Of a stretch of 64,000 nucleotides of DNA, positions 18,138 through 28,278 are shown one piece after another; position 1 is the first letter of the stretch; each line of letters opens with the position of its first letter. The DNA lies in the NCBI GenBank assembly GCA_963662465.1, contig OY759599.1, positions 1,888,001 through 1,952,000 on the forward strand. The letters run 5' to 3'. A program made the translations under genes and the position numbers. The DNA is from Desulfatiglandales bacterium. GTDB taxonomy: Bacteria > Desulfobacterota > DSM-4660 > Desulfatiglandales > Desulfatiglandaceae. The notes beneath the pieces were generated by a model. It did not search any database, was not told the DNA's origin, and saw only the letters and a list, made by a program, of their open reading frames with translations.

Positions 18138-20498
18138 TTAATTAAGCCCCTTCTCCTTAATGCCCCTGAGAATTCTTTCGGGCGTGATGGGACCTTTCTT
18201 AAACTGAATGCCGGTAGCATGGTAAATGGCATTGGCCGTAGCGCCCACCGGATTGACCAACCCCGGCTCACCGCAGCTCTTGGCGCCGAAGGGGCCTTCC
18301 GGATCTCCCTCTTCAATCAGCATAATCTTCATGGGAGGCATATCCGAGGGACCCAGCATCTTATAATCCGTAAAACTGGCGTTCATAATTTTACAATCTT
18401 CGTCGTAGACCATGTCCTCGGTGAGTACATGGCCCAATCCTTGCTGAGCGCCGCCCTCAAGCTGCCCTTCAACATGGCCCGGATGAATGGCTTTTCCAAT
18501 ATCGTATGCATTTAGAAAATCAATCAGTTCCACCTGACCGGTCTCCGTGTCCACCTCTACTTCCACGAACACAGCTGAAAACGGCGGTGAATTGTGTTTT
18601 GGAAAATAACTGGAGTAAGCAACAATTTGTCCGGGGATGCCCATCCTGTTGCCGGTAGCGGGATCCACAAAATTATAGACGCCGTCATAGGCAATGGAAT
18701 TGGCGGAAACGGACTTTTCGGGATGATCCTTCACAAAAAGATTTTTTCCTTCCATGACAATATCATCGGGGCCACCGACTTCAAGGAGTTTGGCTGCCCT
18801 TTCTTTCAGCTGCCCTATGACCTCCTCGCATACGGAAACGACAGCGCCGCCCCCCACATAGATGGTACGGCTGGCATGTGCCGCAATATCAAAGCCGTTG
18901 GCATCAGAATCACCCGTAAGCAGATGGACATCCTCGCGTGGCCACCCCAGGGTTTCCGCTGCCATGGTTCGGAGTACTGAATGAGCGCCGGTTCCCAGGT
19001 CGGAGCAACCCAACATAATTTCCAGTGTGGCGTCTTCATTGAGCCTCGCCACCACAAGGGTATGCTCCAGAAGCATCGGCATGGCGCCGGAGGTATGGGT
19101 CATGCACGCAACACCCACCCCACGGCGCTTGATCCCCGTTTGATTGGCGTATTTTTCGCGTTTCTCCTTCCAGCCGAAAGCTTCCGCTCCCTCTTTGAGA
19201 CAGGTATCCAGCGCACAGGACGCATATTGAAAACCAAGAACCCATCCATCGTCGCCCACGTCCTTATGCCATTTCGTGCGCCATTCCACGGGATCAATGC
19301 CCAATTCCTTGCAGCCTCTGTCCACCAATTGCTCCATAACGAAATTGGTCTGAGGGTTGCCGTAACCCCGGTATGCCCCACAAGGCGCATGGTTGGTAAA
19401 ATACCGCTCGCCCTTATAACGGCAGGTTCCCCACTTATACATGCCCACCAGCCATGCGCCGGTGGTAAACGGCACGCCGTTGGCGTGGGTGTAGTATCCA
19501 CCCCCGTCTCCCATGAAACGTGCGTCCACGCCAACCGGGGTTCCGTCCTTTTTAAATCCGATTTTCATCCAGTAATCCCCGGGAAGTCGGCTTTCAGAGG
19601 CCACCCAGTCCTCTTCCCGCGTGTACATGATTTTCACATGATATCCGGGAACCGCCATGGCCATAGCGCAGGCATAAGGCTCGCCGATCATTCCCAAACG
19701 ACCACCAAATGCGCCGCCGATGGTGGTTTGCATAATCTTCACCTGGGTCATGGGAAGCGCAAACAATTTGGCAATCTTCATGTGTACGCACTTGGGCATC
19801 TGGGAGGTGGTCCAACAATTCAACCGGCCCATATCATCATAATGGCCGATATACCCGTGGGGTTCCATCTGGGCCTGTTTCTGCTTGGACACGTAAAAAG
19901 TGTCCTCCACAATGAGGTCGGCCTCTTTCATGGCATCATCCACATCGCCCCATCCATAGGCATTGTCCGGAAACATCTGTTCCGGCAGCTGAAAGGCCAG
20001 ATTGCCGGGCTTATCCGGGTGAAACTGCATGGCATCGGGCTTGTTGGCTTCCTTTGCATTATGATAGAGGGGCAGAAGCTCATATTCTACTTTGATGAGC
20101 TTGGCCGCCCTTTCAGCATCCTTCTCGGTTTTCGCAATAATGCCGCATATGGCATCGCCCTGGTGTTTTACATGGTCCGTAAAGATCGATTCATCTTCAA
20201 GATCTCCAAAAAAATCCCGACTTACCGGAATCGGCGCCATGAGATCAAACAGATTGCAACAGTACTGTTGTTGCGTCACATCCTCCGGGGCCAGGACTTT
20301 TACCACTCCCGGCGCTTTTGCCGCCTCGCTCAAATCCAGGCTTTTCACCTTTGCGTGGGCATGTTCCCAGCACCTCACCACTTTGCCGTAAAGCATACCG
20401 GGGAACCGCATATCATCCATGTAAACCGCACGTCCAGTGGCCTTGGCCCGGGCATCTTCCTTTGGGATCGACTTTCCCACATATTTAAAATCCGTCAT
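18138..20498 (-). CDS. Xanthine dehydrogenase-family molybdopterin-binding (large) subunit, second operon
   Basis: GGAFGGR, AYRGYGNPQ, GQLEGG, GPFGAKSCGE; start MTDFKYVGK after AGGAGG. Confidence 0.95.
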   Translation of the reverse strand: MTDFKYVGKSIPKEDARAKATGRAVYMDDMRFPGMLYGKVVRCWEHAHAKVKSLDLSEAAKAPGVVKVLAPEDVTQQQYCCNLFDLMAPIPVSRDFFGDLEDESIFTDHVKHQGDAICGIIAKTEKDAERAAKLIKVEYELLPLYHNAKEANKPDAMQFHPDKPGNLAFQLPEQMFPDNAYGWGDVDDAMKEADLIVEDTFYVSKQKQAQMEPHGYIGHYDDMGRLNCWTTSQMPKCVHMKIAKLFALPMTQVKIMQTTIGGAFGGRLGMIGEPYACAMAMAVPGYHVKIMYTREEDWVASESRLPGDYWMKIGFKKDGTPVGVDARFMGDGGGYYTHANGVPFTTGAWLVGMYKWGTCRYKGERYFTNHAPCGAYRGYGNPQTNFVMEQLVDRGCKELGIDPVEWRTKWHKDVGDDGWVLGFQYASCALDTCLKEGAEAFGWKEKREKYANQTGIKRRGVGVACMTHTSGAMPMLLEHTLVVARLNEDATLEIMLGCSDLGTGAHSVLRTMAAETLGWPREDVHLLTGDSDANGFDIAAHASRTIYVGGGAVVSVCEEVIGQLKERAAKLLEVGGPDDIVMEGKNLFVKDHPEKSVSANSIAYDGVYNFVDPATGNRMGIPGQIVAYSSYFPKHNSPPFSAVFVEVEVDTETGQVELIDFLNAYDIGKAIHPGHVEGQLEGGAQQGLGHVLTEDMVYDEDCKIMNASFTDYKMLGPSDMPPMKIMLIEEGDPEGPFGAKSCGEPGLVNPVGATANAIYHATGIQFKKGPITPERILRGIKEKGLN

Positions 20499-20520
20499 AT
20501 GCATTGCCTCCTTTCTCTGT

Positions 20521-21000
20521 TTACTTGCCCGACAGGTTGTCACTGACCTTCTGAACCGCATCGATAATCTTTACATAACCAGTGCAACGGCAGATATTCC
20601 CCTCAAGCTGCGTTCTGATCTCTTTCTCCGTAGGCTTGGGGTTTTTTGCCAAGAGGCTTTTGCTCTTCAGGATCATGCCCGAGGTGCAATAACCGCATTG
20701 TATGGCGTCGGTTTCAATGAAGGCTTCCTGGATAGGATCCAGTTTGCCATCTTTTTCAAGGCCTTCGATCGTCGTAATATGTTTACCGTCCATGGTGGCG
20801 GCAAGGGTCAAACAGGAAAGCATGGTATCGGAATCATCCAGCAATACGGTACAAGCGCCGCATTCCCCAGTCCCGCACCCATATTTGGTTCCCACCAAAT
20901 CCAGGTCTTCCCTGAGTACCTGGAGCAGTGTGCGGTTGACCTGGACGTTCAAATGGTACGCCTCACCATTTACATACAGTGTAATTTCACGCGTCTTCAT
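20521..21000 (-). CDS. Xanthine dehydrogenase-family [2Fe-2S] subunit, second operon
   Basis: GCGTGECGACTV, QCGYCTSG, NICRCTGY. Confidence 0.95.
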   Translation of the reverse strand: MKTREITLYVNGEAYHLNVQVNRTLLQVLREDLDLVGTKYGCGTGECGACTVLLDDSDTMLSCLTLAATMDGKHITTIEGLEKDGKLDPIQEAFIETDAIQCGYCTSGMILKSKSLLAKNPKPTEKEIRTQLEGNICRCTGYVKIIDAVQKVSDNLSGK

Positions 21001-21026
21001 CAGCAACTCCTTTCACCATCATACCT

Positions 21027-21899
21027 TTAATTCAACGCGCCCAAGGCATCCTGAATTGTTCTTCTCATCAAAACGCTGGACACCTCTCTACGATATTCCG
21101 CGGTGGAACGTACATCATCAATGGGGCTAATCTCTTTCGGCAACATTTTTTGAATTTCTTTTAAGAGGGCATCCGTTATTTCTTTTCCCTTCAAAACCTT
21201 TTCAGCTCTTCTAAGTCGAATCGGGGTACGTGCCACAGCGCCCATGGCAAGCCTTGCATCCTCGCAGGACTTTCCATTCATCTTCAGATAAACGGCGGCG
21301 TTGATTTTGGAAAGGTCTTTCTTTGTACGGGTAATGGCTGAAAAAACAGCAGCAGTCCCCGGTGCAGGCGCGGGAATCTTGAGTTCCACTGCAATTTCAT
21401 TGGATTCTCTGGCGGTAATGCGGTAATCAATCCAGAAATCATCAATAGAAACTTCCCGTTTTCCATTGGGCCCCTGCAACACCACACTCCCACCATAAGC
21501 CAGGACGGCGCAGCAGCAGTCGCCGGCGGGGGAGGCCCTGAGAATATTTCCAACCACCGTCGCCGCATTCTTAGTTTGAGGGGTACCGTTTGCCAAGACT
21601 GAATCGTATAAAGCAGGGTATTTTTCTTTGACAATGGGCGAATCCAGAACCTTCGCAAGCGTCGCCCTGGCCCCGATCCTGAGTCCAGCGTCGGCACTGT
21701 AATCAACGTAGCGAAGTCCGGTAATTTCATTCAGTGCGAGTACATATTCAGGCGAAAAGCCCGACTTCATCTGCACCATGATATCCGTACCGCCCGCCAT
21801 AATAGCAACCTTGTCCCCATATTTTTCGAGAAGGCTTACCGCCTCATCTATGCTTTGGGGTGCCAGCAACTCAAATTCCGGCAAAATCCGACTGCTCAT
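21027..21899 (-). CDS. Xanthine dehydrogenase-family FAD-binding subunit, second operon
   Basis: AGGTD, ATVVGN..RASPAGD, AMGAVA, DDVRSTAEYR. Confidence 0.93.
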   Translation of the reverse strand: MSSRILPEFELLAPQSIDEAVSLLEKYGDKVAIMAGGTDIMVQMKSGFSPEYVLALNEITGLRYVDYSADAGLRIGARATLAKVLDSPIVKEKYPALYDSVLANGTPQTKNAATVVGNILRASPAGDCCCAVLAYGGSVVLQGPNGKREVSIDDFWIDYRITARESNEIAVELKIPAPAPGTAAVFSAITRTKKDLSKINAAVYLKMNGKSCEDARLAMGAVARTPIRLRRAEKVLKGKEITDALLKEIQKMLPKEISPIDDVRSTAEYRREVSSVLMRRTIQDALGALN

Positions 21900-22258
21900 C
21901 CGCAACCTCCTTCTACTTTAAAAAATTTTTTCCATTCCTAAAAGAGTTCACCTGGAACCCCATAGGGCAAAACTGCCATGAAGAGACTGCAATATCCACA
22001 CCATTAGTCCCCGATCAGCAAATAACCCTGCGGAAATATGCATTCCCCCCTTCTACCCCCCCATGAAATAAGGGACTTATGGATTTAAATTTTTTAAGGA
22101 TGTTCAATACCCACGGAGCTACTTCGGCATACGATCATTAGTACGCATCCCCATTGCATCACATAAACGGTTATGTTCTTTTGTTTTTTGTTTTCTATTT
22201 CTTACACTTATCGTTTTACAGCGTTTTACAATTTTACATTAACCTGTGCAAAGCGGGG

Positions 22259-22999
22259 TTATTCCCCCTTGGCGATTGGTTTAACCCGCCGCTTATCCCT
22301 GACGTACATCTGGTCTCCACCCACCAATTTTGTTTCAAAGATATCGATGGCCCTTATCAAATCGCCGAGTTTTTTGTACCCGTAATTTCTGGAGTCAAAG
22401 GATGCCTGATTGGAAATATGGGCGCCGATGCGTCCCAGGTAGGCCCAACCGTCGTCATCCTGCTCCGAATCGATGGCGTTGCGCAACAGATTCAACAGCT
22501 TGGTATCCGATTTCAGCGCCTTGCCCATCTGCTTCACTCCCTGTATACCATTTAATTCCGGTTTAGGGGGCTCATCCAGGTACAGAAACCGAGAACAGGC
22601 ATTGACAAAGGGGGACGGCGCCTTTCGCTCGCCGAAACCGATGACCGATTTGCCTTCTGAAAGGACTCTCAACACCAGGGGTGTAAAATCGCAATCCGAC
22701 GATACAATACAAAAAGCATCGATATTCTTTGTGTAAAGGATATCCATAATATCAATGGTCATAGCCATATCCGTGGCATTTTTGCCTTTAACGATGTCAA
22801 ACTGCTGAACCGGCTGAATGGAATATTCATGAAGCACATCCTCCCAGCCTTTAATGGAAGGCTTCTTCCAGTTGCCGTAAGCCTTCCGGATACTGACCAC
22901 ACCATATTTTGCCAATTCAGACACAATCATATCGATTTTTTTTGCCGGTGCATTGTCCGCATCGATAAAGACCGCAATTCTTTCCTTTTTAACTTCCAT
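22259..22999 (-). CDS. NYN (LabA/DUF88) domain protein with C-terminal OST-HTH/LOTUS domain
   Basis: IAVFIDADN, KGKNATDMAM.ID, VSSDCDF, FDSRNYGYKKL. Confidence 0.9.
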   Translation of the reverse strand: MEVKKERIAVFIDADNAPAKKIDMIVSELAKYGVVSIRKAYGNWKKPSIKGWEDVLHEYSIQPVQQFDIVKGKNATDMAMTIDIMDILYTKNIDAFCIVSSDCDFTPLVLRVLSEGKSVIGFGERKAPSPFVNACSRFLYLDEPPKPELNGIQGVKQMGKALKSDTKLLNLLRNAIDSEQDDDGWAYLGRIGAHISNQASFDSRNYGYKKLGDLIRAIDIFETKLVGGDQMYVRDKRRVKPIAKGE

Positions 23000-23011
23000 A
23001 ACCACTCCTTA

Positions 23012-24079
23012 TTAGACCCAGGAACCTGTCTGGGGTTGGGGCAATTGACAGGCCATCATGGCGCGAATATACCGGTCGAAACCGTCCGCGGTACCGGTTT
23101 CCAGTTCTTCGATTTTTTTGTAGAGCTGTGCCATGAGATCCCGGTTTCCGAGCATCTCCACCGGGTGCAGGCCGTAATGCCCGGACCGTTGAAGCAGAAC
23201 ATAGGCCTCTTGATCCCGCTTCGGAAGGGACAGAAATGAATCCAGATCTCCAAGCATGCGGACCCGGTCCCGGTCCAGATGTCCATCCACATGCATCAAC
23301 AGATTCAGACTGAAGTCCCCACAACGGAAATGTGTCGGCGCCTCCTCCAGATGGAACAACAGATGCCGAATCTCGGCAACAATTTCAAGATCATTCATGG
23401 GTGTAAAGCGGCCCTCATGGGCCATTTTTTCCATGGGGGACGAAGGGGGCAGTGCAAAGGTACGAACCCGAATGAAATCCGGTCGGATCAGGTTCAATAC
23501 CTTCGCCGTTTCCAGGGCATTCTCCAGGCTCAAATCCCGTCCGCCCACACCGGGCATGATATATTCCGAAAGTTCCATACCGGCCGCCATGACCCTTTGG
23601 CCCCCTTGCACCATATCTTCGGGGCTCTCTCCTTTTTTTATCATTTTCAAGACGTTCACGGACCCGCTTTCAAGTCCCGTATGAATTCGCGTCAATCCCG
23701 CCGCCCTGAGTACTTTCAGAGATTCAACACTTTTCCGCTTCATGCTTTTGGCACGGGCATAGGACGTCACACGGGTCAGTGAGGGAAAAGCCTTCCCGAG
23801 ATGTTCAAGGATTTCCAGAAGCTCCTCCGTGGGAAGAATCAGGGAATCGGCATCCTGAAAGAACGCCGTGGTGACACGTGCCTTATGGGGACCGTGATAA
23901 CGCGCCATTTCATCAATATCTTCTTTAATTTCCGCCACGCTTCGCCTGGAAAAGGAGGTTCCCTTATAGGCCGGACAAAACAGACAGCGATTCCAGGGAC
24001 AGTTCCTTGTCACGCGAACCAGAAGACTGCCGGCTTCGCTGGGCGGTCTGATAACACCCTGTTCAAACATAAGATACAT
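23012..24079 (-). CDS. Radical SAM protein
   Basis: IRPPSEA.SLL.RVT.NCPWNRCLFC, GLESG. Confidence 0.88.
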   Translation of the reverse strand: MYLMFEQGVIRPPSEAGSLLVRVTRNCPWNRCLFCPAYKGTSFSRRSVAEIKEDIDEMARYHGPHKARVTTAFFQDADSLILPTEELLEILEHLGKAFPSLTRVTSYARAKSMKRKSVESLKVLRAAGLTRIHTGLESGSVNVLKMIKKGESPEDMVQGGQRVMAAGMELSEYIMPGVGGRDLSLENALETAKVLNLIRPDFIRVRTFALPPSSPMEKMAHEGRFTPMNDLEIVAEIRHLLFHLEEAPTHFRCGDFSLNLLMHVDGHLDRDRVRMLGDLDSFLSLPKRDQEAYVLLQRSGHYGLHPVEMLGNRDLMAQLYKKIEELETGTADGFDRYIRAMMACQLPQPQTGSWV

Positions 24080-24141
24080 TCTCCATTATCATTGGAAGAC
24101 TAGCGGTACGATAGAGCAATTTGAATTTTTCGTCAATGTTT

Positions 24142-24621
24142 TCAAGCTCTATCACGATACCTGACCAGATTCAAAGCCATCATTGTCGCCACAACTTCGT
24201 TCCCTTGATTCAGCATCTCACAGAAGGAGAACAACATCCCCCGATCAGGCTTGCCGCGGGAAGGGTTCACTTTGTGTACAGTGATGCGCAGGGATAGTTC
24301 ATCGCCGGGGCGAACCGGTTTAAGCCAGCGCAGCTCATCCACCCCCGGACTTGCCAGACTTGCCGGGCCCGGCAGGTAATGTTCGGCAAACAGCCGCATA
24401 AACAAACTGCAAGTGTGCCAGCCACTGGCGATAAGACCGCCGAAAACCGTTTCCCGGGCGCCTTCAGGGTCCGTATGAAAAAGCTGTGGATCAAACTTTT
24501 TGCCGAACTGAACGATCTCATCTTCCGTAATGGTAATCGGGCCAAACTCATGTATAGCGCCCACCACGTAGTCTTCCAGATATCGCTCTTGGGGTGGGGT
24601 GTTGAAATTGCTTTTACTCAT
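24142..24621 (-). CDS. MaoC-family dehydratase
   Basis: FDPQ.FHTD, FGGLIASGWHT, LRWLKPVRPGD. Confidence 0.9.
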   Translation of the reverse strand: MSKSNFNTPPQERYLEDYVVGAIHEFGPITITEDEIVQFGKKFDPQLFHTDPEGARETVFGGLIASGWHTCSLFMRLFAEHYLPGPASLASPGVDELRWLKPVRPGDELSLRITVHKVNPSRGKPDRGMLFSFCEMLNQGNEVVATMMALNLVRYRDRA

Positions 24622-24685
24622 TTCTGTTATTTCCTTTAATGGGACAAGCTGCGGTTTTAAGTTTTTGGTTTCTTGTACGCTTCAC

Positions 24686-24758
24686 CTTTCCCACCAGGAA
24701 ATACAAGGAAAGGCATCACCCACGCTGTTGCCAAGGACAGGAAAGTTTAAGGGAAGCG
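24686..24758 (-). pseudogene. Degenerate paralogous fragment of the 3' end of the membrane-protein gene at 26240-26758
   Basis: Shares CTTTCCCACCAG, ACCCACGCTGTTGCC and TTTAAGGGAAGCG with 26273-26367; translates LPLNFPVLGNSVGDAF vs LPLNLPGLGNSVGYAF. Confidence 0.7.
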
Positions 24759-24941
24759 CGGAGAATTCCCACGAGAATGATGAGGATGACAAGGGCTTTT
24801 TGTCACCCCCGTGGATGAAAATGGCGGTATGAACCCATCGCCTATTTTCCTGCTAAAAATGAAAACTGTTTTTTGCGGTTTTTCGAAAAACATCGAAAAC
24901 ATTAAAAAATATTTGCGATACACCTGCTTTTTCGCTTTAGA

Positions 24942-25421
24942 TCAATACATCATCCCACCGACATACACGCCTGCACCGACAAGAAGGTTTTTTGTTGGAA
25001 CCTTATAAATATAAGTGACCTTCTTGGAAGGTGATTTTTTCCCTGGTTTAGGCCACATGTAATCTACCCACCCCTGACCGGGATTCTTGGCAATGTTGAC
25101 AAAATGGACGAAGATCGCTTTGTCCGCGGCATCGGTTTGAAGAAATACATGTTCATGTTGGGTAAGTTCCGGCCGCATGGGATGCGCCAGCATTTTTCCA
25201 TTCAGATCCATTAAAAAGACGTAAGAATCTTTCCAAACAAAAGGGCCTTTAGGATCACCAATCATTTTAATGGATTCGTCCAATCCTCTGGCATTTATCA
25301 TTGCGGCTGCTTCACGGGCTTTTTGCACACATTCTTCGGTTGTTGCTTTTTCCCCGGCAAATGCCTGCGAGGAAAAAAGAAGTGAAATTGATATGGCGAA
25401 AACAATAAGAAATTTTTGCAT
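24942..25421 (-). CDS. Stand-alone secreted single-Cache domain protein
   Basis: Signal peptide MQKFLIVFAISISLLFSSQAFA; YVFLMD.NG.MLAHP, GWVDYMWPKPG, GAGVY. Confidence 0.85.
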   Translation of the reverse strand: MQKFLIVFAISISLLFSSQAFAGEKATTEECVQKAREAAAMINARGLDESIKMIGDPKGPFVWKDSYVFLMDLNGKMLAHPMRPELTQHEHVFLQTDAADKAIFVHFVNIAKNPGQGWVDYMWPKPGKKSPSKKVTYIYKVPTKNLLVGAGVYVGGMMY

Positions 25422-25474
25422 GGCATCTCCTTTTTTTATTAAGTTTCCTGTAAGTACACACCGTAACAAAAGGC

Positions 25475-26044
25475 TTATTTGATCCATGGTTTTCCCACTG
25501 GCAGAACATCTCTGCCAAAGACTTGGGCATAAATGACATGAGCCATCACATACCACGCGGAGGCGGCGCATAACATCAGCTCATATCCCGCAAGCTTCGT
25601 CAATTCAGGGAAACCGAAATGTGCCAGGTCAAGGAGGATAAAGCCGATGAGGAGCAACGTAAAGATCGTAGCCATTGCGCTACTAATTTTCATGGCAGGA
25701 ATCCACATGATAAAGGTGTAAAGGGTCCAACCCACCAGAAACCATCCCACATCGGTTGTACTGGAATGATAAATATTAAAATGATTGAGAATAAAAATTA
25801 TCCCAAGCGCTATCCAGAAAGACCCATAAGACACAAAAGCGCTGTAGCCGAAGTTATTGCCGCCTTTAAATTCTTGGAAACCGGCAAACATTTGGGCTAT
25901 TCCGCCGAATATAAAACCAAGCGCCACAACAGGCCCAAGATCACACCATCCTACATTGTGTACTTGCAAAAGCAGGGTTGTGAGACCAAACCCCGCAAGA
26001 CCGACAACCGCTGGATTCCCCTGAACTGTTTTACCATCAGACAT
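25475..26044 (-). CDS. satP: Acetate/succinate transporter, SatP (GPR1/FUN34/YaaH) family
   Basis: GNPAVVGLAGFGLTT, GGIAQ..AG, SYGSFW; several hydrophobic (TM-like) segments. Confidence 0.88.
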   Translation of the reverse strand: MSDGKTVQGNPAVVGLAGFGLTTLLLQVHNVGWCDLGPVVALGFIFGGIAQMFAGFQEFKGGNNFGYSAFVSYGSFWIALGIIFILNHFNIYHSSTTDVGWFLVGWTLYTFIMWIPAMKISSAMATIFTLLLIGFILLDLAHFGFPELTKLAGYELMLCAASAWYVMAHVIYAQVFGRDVLPVGKPWIK

Positions 26045-26239
26045 AACCTGTCCTCCCGGCTTAAAAAAGATCTTTAAAAATATTTCATGGGCCACTTTTT
26101 GTTCTGAAATTCCAATTATACCGATTTTAATACTACACAACCTTACACGGTGAGGTCAATTCATTTTTTTTGGCAACAGGGGTTACGAAATTTTAATGTT
26201 CGGGAAAAACAAACTGTGTCAGGAGCATTCAGGTTGGCG

Positions 26240-26758
26240 TTACAAAACGGAATGGCGCCTCAGGGGTATCATCTTTCCCACCAGAATGCGCACCAGAATG
26301 TACAGGGGAATGAAGATAAATGCATAACCCACGCTGTTGCCTAAACCCGGAAGATTTAAGGGAAGCGGGAACAAAACGCCTGAAAAGCGCAGTTGCAGCC
26401 AGCCAAGGGCCAGGGGAACCGGCCACAGAGAGGCCGCCGCCATGGCCACTTGCAGAAAAAAGGTTTTGCCGTAAGCCTCGTTGGCCAGCTTATTAATCGC
26501 CTTGTAGGCTTCCTTGTCCCCGGCCTTTAAGGCATTCATGGACTGGTTGTGCCGCATGTCGGTTTCCGCCAACCCGTCCTTTACATGGGAAAGGTTCACG
26601 CGCATCACCAGGGCCATGGTCAATTTTCCAAACAGGGTCGACCATACCGCCAGCATAAAAGTCCCCAACCACCAGCCGCCCATCGGACTATTCGGCCACC
26701 GATAAGGAACAATCAGGAATTGATCAATATTGTTCAGGAGACCGGAAACAAAATCCAT
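26240..26758 (-). CDS. Hypothetical membrane protein downstream of TauE
   Basis: Hydrophobic segments around a charged coiled region (ALKAGDKEAYKAINKLANEAYGK); co-oriented with TauE. Confidence 0.7.
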   Translation of the reverse strand: MDFVSGLLNNIDQFLIVPYRWPNSPMGGWWLGTFMLAVWSTLFGKLTMALVMRVNLSHVKDGLAETDMRHNQSMNALKAGDKEAYKAINKLANEAYGKTFFLQVAMAAASLWPVPLALGWLQLRFSGVLFPLPLNLPGLGNSVGYAFIFIPLYILVRILVGKMIPLRRHSVL

Positions 26759-26826
26759 GTTACAAGGCCAAAAAGTGAGGGACTCCGGCCCCAATGAGCC
26801 GGAGCATGACAAAACGGATCAGAGCA

Positions 26827-28089
26827 TCAGAAGGGAGGGACGATACTGTACCCCAGGAATCCTTTGGTAATGTACCTGAGGCCCACGTAAAAAGCGAGCA
26901 CCACAAAAAGGCGTTTGAGCCAGATGTCCGGGATATATTTGGAGGTACGGGGGCCGATCATGCTGCCGATAAAAATGCCCACCAGTTCAGCGCCGATAAA
27001 ACCCCATTGAACGGGAACGCCTTTTCCCACCATATAGCTGAAAATGGAGACAATCATCCCCACCAGAACCACCAGGCCGCTGGTGCCAGCCACCAGGAAC
27101 ATGGGCAAACCGGCTACCGAGGTGAGAAAGGGTACGTACAGAAAACCGCCGCCCACACCCAGAAAAGACGCCAGGGCCGCAATAAAGACGCCGCCCAGCA
27201 TGGGAATAAAGGCTTTGAAATCAAACTCGACACCATAAAAAGAGAATCGAATGGTTCCCACAAAAAATGTCAGCGCCCAACCCGCAAGGGCCAGGATATA
27301 GGCCACCCATTTGGCGCCGTCGGCCAGGTTGGCCCAGAGGGCGCTGGCCACCACCACGCCCAGCGCCACAAACATCATGACCCAACTACCCTGAAGCACC
27401 TTGACGCCCTGCCTGCTGTCACCGCCCTTTTTGGCCTCTTTTTCAAAAGCAGCGGCTGCCTCCTTGGCCTTTTTACGCTTGGCCTGGCCGGATTTGGTGG
27501 TTTCACGGAAAAGGATAACGCCGAGGACCAAAACCGCGATGCCGAAATAACCGATGTAGGCTTTCAGACTGATTTTGCCGGCGGTTAAATCTGGAATGAG
27601 CCAGGATCCCCCCACCCCGCCAATGGCCAGACACATACCCAAAGGCGCCACAAGACGACCCATTTTGTAATAGTTAAAGCTGGAAATTAAGCCGCTTAAG
27701 CCCACCAGCCACTGGTTGGAGACACGAATGGAATCGGTCACCAGCTTGTTCATGGGATACCCCTTGCCGAAATCCTTGGCATAGTCCCCCAAACCGAAGA
27801 TGGTGATATGCCCCACACCCGCCATGATACCGCCGAAGGCGCCCACGGTTGAAAAAATCCAGCCCACCCATATGGCCCACAGGAAGCCCAGGATATAATT
27901 GACTTTTGGCGCACCGGGAATCCCCAGGAATCCGGGTTCCGCATCCTTGGCGATTTTCCCGTCGTTAATCCCCGCTGAAATGGCGTCGGAAAGGCTGTCC
28001 GCCGAAACAGACGTAGCCGTGAGCAATGGAACGGCAAAGATACTGATCACCATCAGAATACATAAAATCCATTTCACATTCCCTTTCAT
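26827..28089 (-). CDS. Sulfite exporter TauE/SafE family permease
   Basis: GAFGGIMAG, FLGVGGGFLYVPFL, AGTS motifs; many TM segments; N-terminal signal-like region. Confidence 0.88.
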   Translation of the reverse strand: MKGNVKWILCILMVISIFAVPLLTATSVSADSLSDAISAGINDGKIAKDAEPGFLGIPGAPKVNYILGFLWAIWVGWIFSTVGAFGGIMAGVGHITIFGLGDYAKDFGKGYPMNKLVTDSIRVSNQWLVGLSGLISSFNYYKMGRLVAPLGMCLAIGGVGGSWLIPDLTAGKISLKAYIGYFGIAVLVLGVILFRETTKSGQAKRKKAKEAAAAFEKEAKKGGDSRQGVKVLQGSWVMMFVALGVVVASALWANLADGAKWVAYILALAGWALTFFVGTIRFSFYGVEFDFKAFIPMLGGVFIAALASFLGVGGGFLYVPFLTSVAGLPMFLVAGTSGLVVLVGMIVSIFSYMVGKGVPVQWGFIGAELVGIFIGSMIGPRTSKYIPDIWLKRLFVVLAFYVGLRYITKGFLGYSIVPPF

Positions 28090-28278
28090 ACCCTTCCCTC
28101 CATGCAAGTGTTTCGATTTTAAAGTAAACGGTCAATTAATTTAGAGCATCAGGATTTATGCATCAAGGAAAAAAACAAAAACCCGGGCAGCCTGCCTGTT
28201 TATTCTTGACCTATGTTGACGCCGCGGATATTTTTTACGGGCATAATAGGCATCCCCGAATCAATTAAGGAGATTTTC

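Noticed and set aside
18981..20546. 521-aa antisense ORF (likewise 37670-38488, 58749-59720, 62932-63837)
   Set aside because: Antisense shadows of well-supported genes
13297..21899. Calling the trimers aerobic CO dehydrogenase or 4-hydroxybenzoyl-CoA reductase
   Set aside because: No AYxCSFR loop in the large subunits and no [4Fe-4S] Cys insertion in the FAD subunits
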